DNA from: Eledone cirrhosa
Taxonomy: Eukaryota
Length of the DNA stretch: 64,000 bases
NCBI GenBank assembly: GCA_964016885.1
Contig: OZ024740.1
Span: 407,154,001-407,218,000 of the forward strand
Direction: 5' to 3'
The translations under genes were made by a program, and so were the position numbers. Under the pieces are notes generated by a model. That model was not told the origin of the DNA. It saw nothing but the letters and a program-made list of their open reading frames with translations, and searched no databases. Shown in pieces: positions 1 to 10,288 of the stretch (the first letter of the stretch is position 1; each line of letters starts with the position of its first letter).

Positions 1-1757
1 CAAAGGTAAAGGCGATGCACTAGATAGAGGAAACTATAGAGGTATAAAGCTGATGGACCAGGTCATGAAAGTAACAGAAAGAGTTATAGCACAGTTGATT
101 AGGGACCGGGTGAAAATAGACGAGATGCAATTTGGGTTTGTACCAGGAAGAGGCACCACTGATGCCCTCTTCCTTGTGAGGCAGTTACAGGAAAAGTACC
201 TAGCTAAAAGTAAGCCACTCTACTTGGCATTTGTCGACCTTGAGAAAGCCTTTGACAGAGTTCCACGTGCTGTAATCTGGTGGGCTCTTAGAAAACTAGG
301 AGTAGATGAATGGCTTGTGAAAGCGGTACAAGCCATATATAGGGGAGCAGTCAGCAAAGTTAGGATTAGCAATGAGTATAGCAAGGAATTTAGCGTACAG
401 GTTGGGGTCCACCAGGGATATGTTCTTAGCCCCCTCCTGTTCATCATAGTCCTGCAGGCAATAACGGAGGAGTTTAAGACCGGATGCCCATGGGAACTCT
501 TGTATGCTGATGACCTCGCACTCATAGCTGAATCTATGGTAGAACTAGAGAATAAATTCCAAACTTGGAAGCAGGGACTAGAAAGAAAGGGTCTCAAAGT
601 CAACATGACAAAGACTAAGGTCCTTGTAAGTAGACGAGAAACCAGAACCCAGATCCCCTCAGGGAAATGGCCTTGCTCAGTATGTAGGAAAGGTGTAAGT
701 AGGAACTCCATTCTCTGCCCCAAATGCAAACAATGGGTACACAAGAGATGTAGCGGGATCTCAGGAAGCTTAATTAAGAATGTAGGCTTCACATGTAGCA
801 GCTGTGCTGAGACAGCAAACAGCCACAGGAAACAAGTACCACCAATCTCTGGGAGGGCTCTGTAGAAACAGTAGACAGCTTCTGCTACCTAGGTGACCGA
901 ATTAGCAGCGGAGGTGGGTGTTCAGAAAGTACAATAACTAGGGTAAGAACGGGATGGAAGAAGTTCAGGGAACTACTACCACTGCTAGATGCAAAAGGCT
1001 TCTCCCTCAAAATGAAAGGCAGACTGTATGATGCGTGTATCCGAACAGCAATGTTACATGGCAGTGACACCTGGGCGCTGAAGGTGGAAGACTTACGTAG
1101 ATTAGAGAGAAACGAAGCCTGCATGCTCCGATGGATGTGTAACAGTAATATACGCGAACGGCAAAGCATAAATGAATTGAGAGAGAGACTGAGCATAAGA
1201 GGAATCAAATGCTGTGTGCAGGAGAGGCGGTTGCGCTGGTATGGACATGTGATGCGTATGAAGGATGACAGCTGCATAAAAAGGTGCAGAGCACTAGAAG
1301 TTGATGGAAACCGCGGAGTGGGGAAACCCAAGATGACCTGGGATGAGGTGATAAAAGCCGACCTTACCCAATTAAACCTCTCAAAGGCAATGACACACGA
1401 CCGTGACCTCTGGCGTCACGCAGTAATACAGAGTACCCGACCTCCCATGGGTACAAGCTGAAGGATATAGACAATATGCCCCCACACACCCCACTGCAAG
1501 GTGGTCGTGGAGGTGCCACGACAAAAAAGCACCCAGCCCACACTGTAAAGTGGACGTGTAGGCGCCACGAAAAAGCACCCAGCACTCACTGTAAATGAGG
1601 TTGGTGTTAGGAAGGGCATCCAGCTGTAGAAATCAAGCCAAATCAGTTCCTGTATGAGCAAGGCATGGTCAGCCAACCAGACACTGCCCACAACAGGACA
1701 ACCCGTCTAACCCATGTTAGCGTGGAAGAATGGACGTAAAACGGTGATGATAATGAT
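1..1757 (+). mobile_element. RTE-clade non-LTR retrotransposon (LINE), 3' part; continues beyond the window start
   Basis: Reverse transcriptase ORF followed by a ~290-bp 3' UTR ending in GGACGTAAAACGG and a (TGA)n-like tail (TGATGATAATGAT, ~1745-1757). The UTR contains a short imperfect duplication (GCCACGA..AAAAAGCACCCAGC..CACTGTAAA at ~1515-1549 and ~1564-1595). Confidence 0.92.
2..1461 (+). pseudogene. LINE reverse transcriptase ORF, broken by one frameshift at about 830-860
   Basis: The frame is open from base 2 (KGKGDALDRGNYRGIKLM) through QFGFVPGRGTTDA, FVDLEKAFDRV, GVHQG..LSPLLF and YADD (503-514) to a stop at 863-865. Homology resumes in another frame (GSVETVDSFCYLGD from 856, then RLRWYGHVMR) to a stop at 1461. 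Confidence 0.92.
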
Positions 1758-2439
1758 ATATAGCCAGCACAAGAAAGATCAAGATAGCAATTCATGATAT
1801 TCACCCTGCTAAGAGCAGATGATACCCACCTACTATTCGTTTCTTTTCTGCTCATAAATGTTTCTTGCATAGGAACAAACTGGGCAACAGCTGCATCAAC
1901 ATACTGGTCTGGGAAGGCATACAAAAGTTATTGGGATTGCCCTCACCCATTAACTAAATTGTTAATAAAATAATAAAATGTAGTTTGCTTGAAGCATTGT
2001 ATATAATATATAACATTGAAAGAGATAGAAGGCTAAACAATACAAAATGGACTGTAAGATAAGGTAATGAAAAGTAAGTTACCTATTTTTCCATCTAATA
2101 TTGTTTTTATCGTATGTTATATAATCTGAAGACCATTTGATGTTCTAACAATTACACCCTACACTAACTTACAAAAATCTCCTTGATAGTAAAGTGTCTC
2201 TTATCAAATTAAATGTTTATTTATTTCTATTTATCACTAACAAGAATTAAAATGAAAATAATTTACTTTGAAAACTAGACAGCTGTTGCATATCTGGTTC
2301 ATAAAGAAATTCACATCTACAATATATCTTTTCAATAGGTGAGTTATCAATTCCCTCATGCATCTTAATATATCCTTACATTATTTTAATTTCTGTTATT
2401 TTCAATGTCACTAACAGCTTGGGTTACTGTCTTCAGGGA

Positions 2440-2580
2440 TTTTAGTCACTCACATCAAGTACTTTGTCTGGTACTTATTTTCCAGTGCTCATAACAGAAA
2501 GAAGGCAATGTCAACTTAGGTGTAAAGGGATGTAACCAAACAATGCAAGGTGTTTCTGTTTTTATGCACTGATTCTGCAT
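2440..2580 (-). mobile_element. Degenerate older copy of the tRNA-derived SINE
   Basis: CTGGTACTTATTTT..GAAGGCAATGTCAACT..AAAGGGATGTAAC..CTGATTCTGC aligns by eye with the better copies at 4172 and 8149. Ends are approximate. Confidence 0.5.
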
Positions 2581-2610
2581 TGCTATATTAGTGATAATGA
2601 TGCCAACATA

Positions 2611-2797
2611 ATAATTGTTTCTACTTTTGGCACAAGGCCAGCAATTACCCCAGTGTATTACTGGTGCTTTATTTTATCAACCCTGTAAGGATGAAAGGCA
2701 AAGTTAACCTCGGCGGGATTTGAACTCAGACCGTAACGGGCTGCAACTCCATGCTGCAATGCATGGCGTCCAACCCTCTGCCGATACTGCCAATCCA
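2611..2797 (-). mobile_element. tRNA-derived SINE, copy 1
   Basis: The reverse complement reads TGGATTGGCAGTATCGG (A box) ... GAGTTCAAATCC (B box) ... CCTTGTGCCAAAAGTAGAAACAATTAT. It is closely similar to three other copies in the window. Confidence 0.88.
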
Positions 2798-3264
2798 AAT
2801 AATGCATGCTAAGAAGTCTCTGCTTTTTAAATATGGCTCCACATGGATGGAAAGCAACAATAAACATAGTTAACTTCTAGTACTGACCCTAGAAATCACT
2901 AATTTCAAACATATGGAAAACACAAATAAAAACTAATGAACATAAATAAATTCTAATACCCACTCCAATTCAATAACAAATTTAGATAGCAGTAAATATG
3001 TAATACATCCTCATATAAACTTCAGCATATACTTAATTACAATAATGCATTAAAACAAAGTCTATTTTTATTAAAAAAAAACAAAAAAACTTTATACAGA
3101 AGAGTATGAAACACTTATAGAAAATGCTACATCCCCGACCTGTCAACTCTCCCCATCCATTTTGGGGTGGGTGAGAGATGTCTTCTCTTGTGAAAATGGG
3201 TATAGCTTTGTAGCGGTTGTCTCCCTTGTTGTGACTCACAACCCCAATAGATTAACAACATCTA

Positions 3265-3416
3265 GACGGGAAGTAGAACCCTTTCTGTAACTTCCGGTCA
3301 GAGCCCTATAAATCGAATAGCCTTCGGCTCTCTCCCTCTCATTTGCCCTTCCGGCGCCTGGCCTTCGCCAGTCGTCTTCTGCCAGCCGCGTTTGCCTGGC
3401 AATCAAAACGGTAACT
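3265..3416 (+). promoter_or_regulatory. Promoter-like CpG-richer patch (possibly LTR-derived)
   Basis: ETS-like GGAAGT (3269-3274) and ACTTCCGG (3290-3297), TATAAA (3307-3312), a pyrimidine tract with Inr-like TCATTT (3339-3344), and a donor-like CG/GTAACT at 3411. This is motif evidence only. Confidence 0.35.
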
Positions 3417-3822
3417 ACTAACTTTGCTTCATTCTATCATCTATTTCTTTGACATGTCAACTATACTGTTCTATATATATCCATGATTGTTAATTAAATA
3501 TTATACACAAACTATGTCTCGTTTTGTTACATTCATACAACCCAGTATCCTCGCTATAGCTTTCATTATGTAAAATTTCCCCATTTTGTCTCATTTCTCC
3601 CCTTTTTGGCTTTTTAGAGATTGGCAGGTTTGACATTTGAATTAATCCACTGACCAGCAGTAAATGCTTAAATACATCAATTAACCATGGAGTAAAGGTA
3701 ACATCCCATAGGTGTACCATGTGTGTGTGTGTGTGTGACAGCTCACACCTATGCAAGTTTAGCTGGCCTCCTCCAAGGAGGTGTCTTGGGTAGTTTAATG
3801 ATAGGGACCCCAGTCCTATCAT

Positions 3823-3966
3823 CTCATTTCTACAGCTGAGTAAACTGGAGCAACGTGAAATAAAGTGTCTTGCTCAAGGAAACAACGCATCACCCGGTCG
3901 GAGAATTGAACTCACAACCTTTCGATTGCAAGCCCAATGCTCTAACCACTAAGCTTTGCGCCTTCA
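3823..3966 (-). mobile_element. CORE-type tRNA-derived SINE (second family)
   Basis: The reverse complement has an A-box-like GCTTAGTGG, a B box GAGTTCAATTC and the CORE-like GTTGTTTCCTTGAGCAAGACACTT, followed by TTGCTCCAGTTTACTCAGCTG. The 3' end may extend towards ~3740. Confidence 0.75.
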
Positions 3967-4171
3967 TTAAAACAAAACAAAACAAAACAAAAACTTCACT
4001 AAAACAAAAAAATGTCCCATCACTATGTGCAAAGGCAGCTTCCAAAACAGTTTCCTCAACTATAGTCCGTCTTCAAGAATGAGGAAAAGAGAAATACTAC
4101 AGCCTCATCAGATATGTTTAGAAAATCAAAGGCCAACGAATTGACTATTTCAATATCGTCTAGACAATAAT

Positions 4172-4342
4172 TGATTCTACTTTTGGCACAGGACCCAGTG
4201 CATTACTGGTACTTTATTTTATCGACCCCGTAAGGATGAAAGGCAAAGTTAACGTCGGCGGGATTTGAACTCAGAATGGCAAGGGCCGTAACTATGCGTC
4301 AAAGCATGGCGTCCGACCCTATACCGATACTGCCAATCCACC
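4172..4342 (-). mobile_element. tRNA-derived SINE, copy 2, with 14-bp target-site duplication
   Basis: Same family as 2611-2797, with a small internal deletion near its 3' end. Flanked by GTCTAGACAATAAT at 4158-4171 and 4343-4356. Confidence 0.9.
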
Positions 4343-4350
4343 GTCTAGAC

Positions 4351-4534
4351 AATAATGATGAATGAATTTGTGTACAGTTCTCAGGTGTACTACAACTCAT
4401 CAAAGGTGCATGTATAGTATACAAATGTCAGGGAAGTGAATAGTGTATGAGTCATGATATACATGTGTGCGTGGGTATGGAGGGGGAATATTAGGTGTAG
4501 TGTTGGCGAATCTCAGGAAGCATGGAGGTTTTAA
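4351..4534 (-). mobile_element. 5'-truncated 3' end of the CR1-like LINE
   Basis: Reverse-complement match to ~6822-7015 (TTAAAA..CTCCATGCTT..TGAGATTC..CCAACACTACACCTAATAT...CTTTGATGAGTTGTAGT...ATTCATTCATCATTATT). Confidence 0.85.
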
Positions 4535-5105
4535 TCAACAAGTCCTTCATAAATAAATTAGAGCCATGCACTATCCGGCAAAGCAATACTTTAATAGAAA
4601 TCATTTCCTAATGCTACAATGAAAACGATTGTGACTAACAACTGTATGTATGTATTTTTTACCATGCAGTTGTCACAAGGAATAAGAAGGCGAGACCAGA
4701 ACACTCCTAAAAGTAATAATAGAACATCGACAATATGAATTTGACAGACCAATAAAATTAACTTTCTTTATCAAACGTCAAGTTAAATGAATAATCAGTG
4801 CAATCATATTAAAACAAATATCTAACCAGACGTTCTTTTATTTTCACCGTAAACTTATTTCAAGTTGATGCTTCAAACGACGATGAATTCACATAACATG
4901 GAAAATGAAAATGGAAGAGAAGTGAATGAAAACGAAAGAACATATGAAGTAAGTGAAAGCTAATTTTAGCCATTGCTCACTTTTTTCAGAATTTATCAAC
5001 TGGGTGCTATGACAGGAATATGGAAAGAAGGAGTAAAGACGATTGAATTAGCAATAGTGTATTGTTTTGATATAGGAGCATGAACAAATAATATATATAT
5101 ATTCA

Positions 5106-5802
5106 GCATAGGTTAAGTTTAACGTCCTCGAAAATGAAACTAGGTTTTCTGACAAGTGAATGTGTTTTTTTAAAGTTTAACGTCCTCCAAAATGAAACTA
5201 GGTTTTCTGACAAGTGAATGTGTTTTTTTTTTTTTACAATGAAATTTACGATACACTCTTTGTTTATTTACAACAGGTCTCTATAGTGATATGGTGTTAA
5301 TTAGTATTGCGTGTGTGATTATTTTCTCTTATATATATATGTGTGGGTGTGTATATGTGTGTATATATATGTGTGTCTGTATGTATATATATGTGTGTTT
5401 GTATATATATATGTGTTTGTGTCATCATCATCGTTTACATGTTTTTACCCAAATCCCTTATCATTCTGTCCTTCTTATGACCCGGCCTTAATTTGTTTAT
5501 AGTTGGTGCCAACTTTGGCAAGATATTACAAAAACATCTAAACGATGATGATGACACAAACACATATATATATACAAACACACATATATATATACAAACA
5601 CACATATATATATACATACAGACACACATATATATACACACATATACACACCCACGCAATACTAATTAACACCATATCACTATAGAGACCTGTTGTAAAT
5701 AAACAAAGAGTGTATCGTAAATTTCATTGTAAAAAAAAAAAAACACATTCACTTGTCAGAAAACCTAGTTTCATTTTGGAGGACGTTAAACTTAACCTAT
5801 GC
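5106..5802. mobile_element. Long inverted repeat (foldback/MITE-like element)
   Basis: The left arm 5106-5446 is the reverse complement of the right arm 5530-5802 apart from a few indels, with an 83-bp spacer. The left arm has an extra ~58-bp tandem copy (5115-5171 and 5173-5230) and a ~30-bp insertion. No clear target-site duplication. Confidence 0.85.
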
Positions 5803-5809
5803 CTATATA

Positions 5810-5965
5810 TTCTTTTATTCTTGTATTAATTTCAGTCAATAGACAGCGGCCGTGGTGGGACACCGTCGTATCTAAACTAGTATTTTTTTTCTCAACTGTA
5901 TTTAGTTCATTGATTCATTTTATGTCAAACCACTAAGTTACAAGAGATAGACAAACAGTAAACAT
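5810..5965 (-). mobile_element. Degenerate SINE-like repeat fragment
   Basis: TTTCAGTCAATAGACAGCGGCCGTGGTGGGACACCG...AACCACTAAGTTAC resembles, from memory, a very common octopus SINE segment. It cannot be confirmed within this window. Confidence 0.4.
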
Positions 5966-6156
5966 AAATAATCAGACACACACAGGTATCCGCAGGTTTA
6001 TAGTGGGGCCGATAACGACGTTAGAAGGTTAGAACTCAATGCGGCCTTAAAGAGATTTGTTTCAGTGAGATTAGGCGGTGAGTGCTATAGGTTTTGTAGT
6101 AGGCTCTCATTGCATAACGTTCCTTTGAAGATTCTACTCAAACTAGTCATTTAAGC

Positions 6157-6410
6157 GTGTGTATTGAACAATGAAAATAAAACAAAAGCCGAAGATAAGT
6201 TCTTGATTAGTTCATTTTTTTTATGATCATTTCAGAGAATTGACTGATCATGGTAGATCGATATATCGACTAGCAGGTAGTGGTTATGTCACTGCCTATT
6301 TCTAGTCAATATATCATGATCAATCAACCCTCTGAAACGGTCGTAAAACAATTGAACTAATTAAGAACTTATCTTCGACTTTTGTTTTATTTTCATTGTT
6401 CAACACACAC
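6157..6410. repeat. Imperfect ~250-bp palindrome (hairpin MITE-like)
   Basis: TTGAACAATGAAAATAAAACAAAAG.CGAAGATAAGTTCTT.ATTAGTTCA (from 6164) pairs with TGAACTAAT.AAGAACTTATCTTCG.CTTTTGTTTTATTTTCATTGTTCAA (to 6403). Pairing continues almost to a small central loop near 6285. Confidence 0.85.
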
Positions 6411-6607
6411 ATACACATGGTAAATATTGGCAAAAACACCACCCTCAGTTTCGGGTATATATATATTTTCTGTTTTTGTTTATTCGTATTTACAACGAAT
6501 CAGATCCCCGAACAGGCCGGATATTTATTTGTTTCTTAAATATCGAAAGGGAAAGAATATTTTTTAAAACATTAAACTAATTCAAATCCCTTATTTTGAC
6601 ACGAACC

Positions 6608-7023
6608 CACACTGATACTCACAAAATTATTAACTATCTTACCAACATCACCCCTGAGTACCTTTTTGATTTTCACGTGTCTAACACACGTGGGCATATT
6701 TACAAAGTCAGAAAACAGCACAGCCCCCATGACTTTCGGAAACATTTTTTTACGCTCAGTGTTGCTGAAGTATGGAACAAACTACCTGCATCAGTTGTTA
6801 GCTGTCGAGACACGGCATCCTTTAAAATCTCCATGCTTCTTGAGATTCACCAACACTACACCTAATATCCCCCCTCCATACACACACACATGTATATCAT
6901 GACTCATACACTATTCACTTCCATGACATTTGTATATTATTCTATGTACTATACATGCACCTTTGATGAGTTGTAGTGCACCTGAGCACTGTACACACAT
7001 TCATTCATCATTATTATTATAAT
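6608..7023 (+). mobile_element. 5'-truncated CR1-like LINE: ORF2 C-terminus, 3' UTR and (ATT)n tail
   Basis: The translation NTRGHIYKVRK...RKHFFTLSVAEVWNKLPASVV...SFK matches the TRGH / FF..V...WN.LP C-terminal signature of CR1/L2-group ORF2. It ends in CATTCATTCATCATTATTATTAT. A second copy lies at 4351-4534. Confidence 0.85.
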
Positions 7024-7189
7024 ATGAAAGTGGTTTCAAACTGAATAAGTGAGCCAATGACACCTGTCTAGTGCAGGGTTAAAGGAGAAATAACAACATA
7101 CATTCCATCTGCAGGGACGGTGGAATCATGGGGGGAGGGGGGGGGGTCAATTTAGTTGTAGTTATTAGTTTAGCTGTTATTATCAAATA

Positions 7190-7458
7190 TCAACCGAGAT
7201 GTAAAAAACTTCGATATTCGATAAACCAAACGTAAATTGTAGTGCATATACAAATAGATGTGCGTTTTGGTAGTTTGGGGAAACAAATATAAGGGGGAGG
7301 GCATGCCCCATCACCCCAGATTTGTACATACGTAACACTACCAAGAGATTGCGAAATGCATTCCTTAACTACACAGCCATGCCTTTGATCAACGACGCAC
7401 TGAAAAAAAAACGAACCACGCCCACCTAGACACGTGCAACACGGCAATAAATACTAGT
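7190..7458 (+). mobile_element. Possible non-autonomous Helitron remnant
   Basis: A short hairpin CGTG-CAA-CACG (7433-7443) is followed 10 nt later by CTAG-T (7454-7458). The candidate A/TC 5' end near 7190 is uncertain. Confidence 0.35.
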
Positions 7459-8148
7459 TGAAAACATCGGCACATCAAGTGCCCAGATTCCAAGTAGTAT
7501 TTATTATAAGTCATTGGGGTGGCCACATGTCAATATGTATGTATACTCACACAGACTTCACGAGTTTTAGTCGATAATATTGACCCTAGTATTTATATAA
7601 AATCATTAGAGAGGTTGCCCGGTACCCCTCGCGACGCTGCTGTCTTTTGCTCTGGTGTTGGCTCTGTTGTTCACCTATAACAGGTTTTAGGGTCAATTCT
7701 TAATATACATAATAGAGATCAGAAGGCATTTAGAACATTGACTAAATCCATTATCGATGTTGTAACTCTATTTATTAGTTGTACATGTTGAACGGATACA
7801 TTAGGTACAGGTCGTATCTACATGTGTAGGATGTAGTTTGGTCCGCTTCATTGCAAGATGGAGATGTTGTTAGCAGCGAGGAGTGTAGCCTGGTCTTGTC
7901 GATAAGAGAGGTGCGTGTAGACTAATGTCTCTCTTGGTCACCTCCGCTCACACTGGTGACGTAGTTCTGGACAGTCGACTTAGTGCACCGAAGGTTTCGA
8001 TTGGCTCACACTTCAGCCAACTTACCTCCGTAACACCATTCCGCCGCAGAAGGAAAATACATTTTATTCACTGCTACACACCCTTTTCTTTAATATTGTA
8101 ACATTAAAAGAATATATCTTTCTGGAAGAATCGCGAGCAATTTATAAT

Positions 8149-8330
8149 TGTTTCTACTATTGGCACAAGGCCAGCAATTACCCTAGTACATTACTGGTAC
8201 TTTATTTTATCGACCCCGTAAGGATGAAAGGCAAAGTGAACCTCGGCGGGATTTGAACTCACAGCATAAAGGGGCGTAACGCTATGCTGCAAAGCATGGC
8301 GTCCGACCTTCTACTGATACTGCCAATCCT
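8149..8330 (-). mobile_element. tRNA-derived SINE, copy 3, with 11-bp target-site duplication
   Basis: Same family as the other copies. Flanked by CAATTTATAAT at 8138-8148 and 8331-8341. Confidence 0.9.
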
Positions 8331-10288
8331 CAATTTATAATGTTATCTAAGTATTTCTAATGTTATTTATGTATATATTTAAAACATATTTGCTCTGTTA
8401 TTCTACTGTAAATTTATTTATATGCCCTGTATAATAAAAAGACCAGCTACGTATTTATTTTAGTCAGGTACTTTGTATGTGTAACTCTAAAATATCTATT
8501 ACACACATAGTAATAATAAATACAAAGACCAAAATCTGAAGGGCTCGATAAGGATTGTATATAAAGTGAAATTCCGTTATAACAAAATTATGAGGTATAA
8601 AAAAATCGTTGTAACGAAAAATTCTTTATACCGAGATCGACCGAACACCGCTCGTCTCTTGACATAGCTCCATGCTGTTCGGAGCCACCCTGCGATTCGA
8701 TAGTAGTCCAACAATTTCTCACATTAAAAAAAGGTTCTCGTCTGTCCAGTTCTGGGACTTCATTTCTCCTCCGAAATACCAATGTCTCCATCTTATCTTT
8801 TCGCAGCCTAAGTGCCAGCGCTGTTCCTCCTTATAGAGATTACCCCTCTTTCTCAAGAGAGCGGTATTTGTAATAGACAAAACATTCAAGAGGCTATGAA
8901 AGAAGAGAACAGAAATTGCTTTAGCCGGAAAGTAGATTTTTAGAGAACTAATTAAGAAAAGAAAAAAATTGATGTGGGAAAAAATATTGGTTTGAATAGT
9001 TCCAGACTCGCCCTGACCTATCGTATATTTAGTTTTTTGAAGGGACTGGAGTGAGAGATAGGCATTATTTTGATATTGTCTCGCATATAAATTATTTTGT
9101 GAGTGGCATGTGTACTATGTATCATAAAGACATACAAAGAATTATGTTCAGATTGTGTAAGCTCAAAGCAAACTGAATCCACAATCCGGTTTCAATTACC
9201 AGTGTCAATTGATGTTACAACTATTTTCCTTTCCGCAAGAAATTAATTTGTTCAAGCATACCGTTTATCTAAAATCTGACCATTCATTATTTTTTCTAGT
9301 TGAATTTAATAGAATGAAAACTTTTATACTTTTAAATCAGGAGAGGCCACCAATATGATTGACTGACTTGTGTTTTTATCAGTCAGCTGTTTTTAGATAT
9401 TCTTTGATTTTTTAAATTTATTTATCATCTTCTTCTCATTTAGGAAATATGGTTTCGACGATTCGATACAATTCAGGCCAGTCTTTAGCTAAGTCTGGTC
9501 ATTTGGTACCTGGTAAGAGTAATTAAACTCATACCAAGGTAGAAATGATTCTCTTGAGTATAGATCATTAAAAACAAAGGAGTGGTGCTAATATACAATG
9601 GGACTCCCATCGATTTACTTTCATTATAAAATGTTCTTAAATTAAAAAATTAAAAACAAACTATAATCTTTGTTTCTCTAAAAAGATAACATTATAGTAA
9701 ATTCACAGAACATCCTATTCGATTTCAGTGGGAAAACTATTTTTTTCCTCGTTTATTTATTTATTTATTTTTTTCGTATGCTATCAACTAATCTAACCTC
9801 TAAGATTCTGGCAAGCAACTTTTTTTCCGGGAGAAACGAGGGGGTGCTCCTCTCCTCTGAGTTTCCTCTCCGTTTTCGCGTTATCAACGAATATGACCTC
9901 AAACCAGTCGGAACCGATTAGATTTGCAGAAAAAGTGTAGCGAAAGAAATGTTTGTTCATGGTTTTCTTCTCCCCTACGGATACTGCCACCAAGTAAACG
10001 ACCTCGCAGAGAAGACAATAAATTCTTCTGATAGTAGTAATTTTGGCTCCAGTACTTAGAAGGAGAACATATTTAAGGGTCATATGTTATCTATCAGTAA
10101 AATAACTAGCAGTCATTAGAAATAGGCTTTCCTGTGGTCCTAATACTCAGTCACTGCCTCTTCTAGACAACAAAGTTCAATACCACTTTGCATGTATAAC
10201 ACAATCTCACCATATAAGAGTTTACTACTACCTCTGCTGGTACATACCATCTGACTACAACTTGTCACTTTTTAAGGGAACATCTGTC

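Noticed and set aside
220-1331. Minus-strand ORFs of 190 and 148 aa
   Set aside because: They are antisense shadows of the LINE reverse transcriptase frame.
3862-3880. CAAGACACT shared between the CORE SINE and the satellite monomer
   Set aside because: Only 9 bp with no flanking similarity, which is compatible with chance.
5291-5659. ORFs rich in Y/I/C/V/M
   Set aside because: They are translations of TA/TG microsatellite in the foldback arms.
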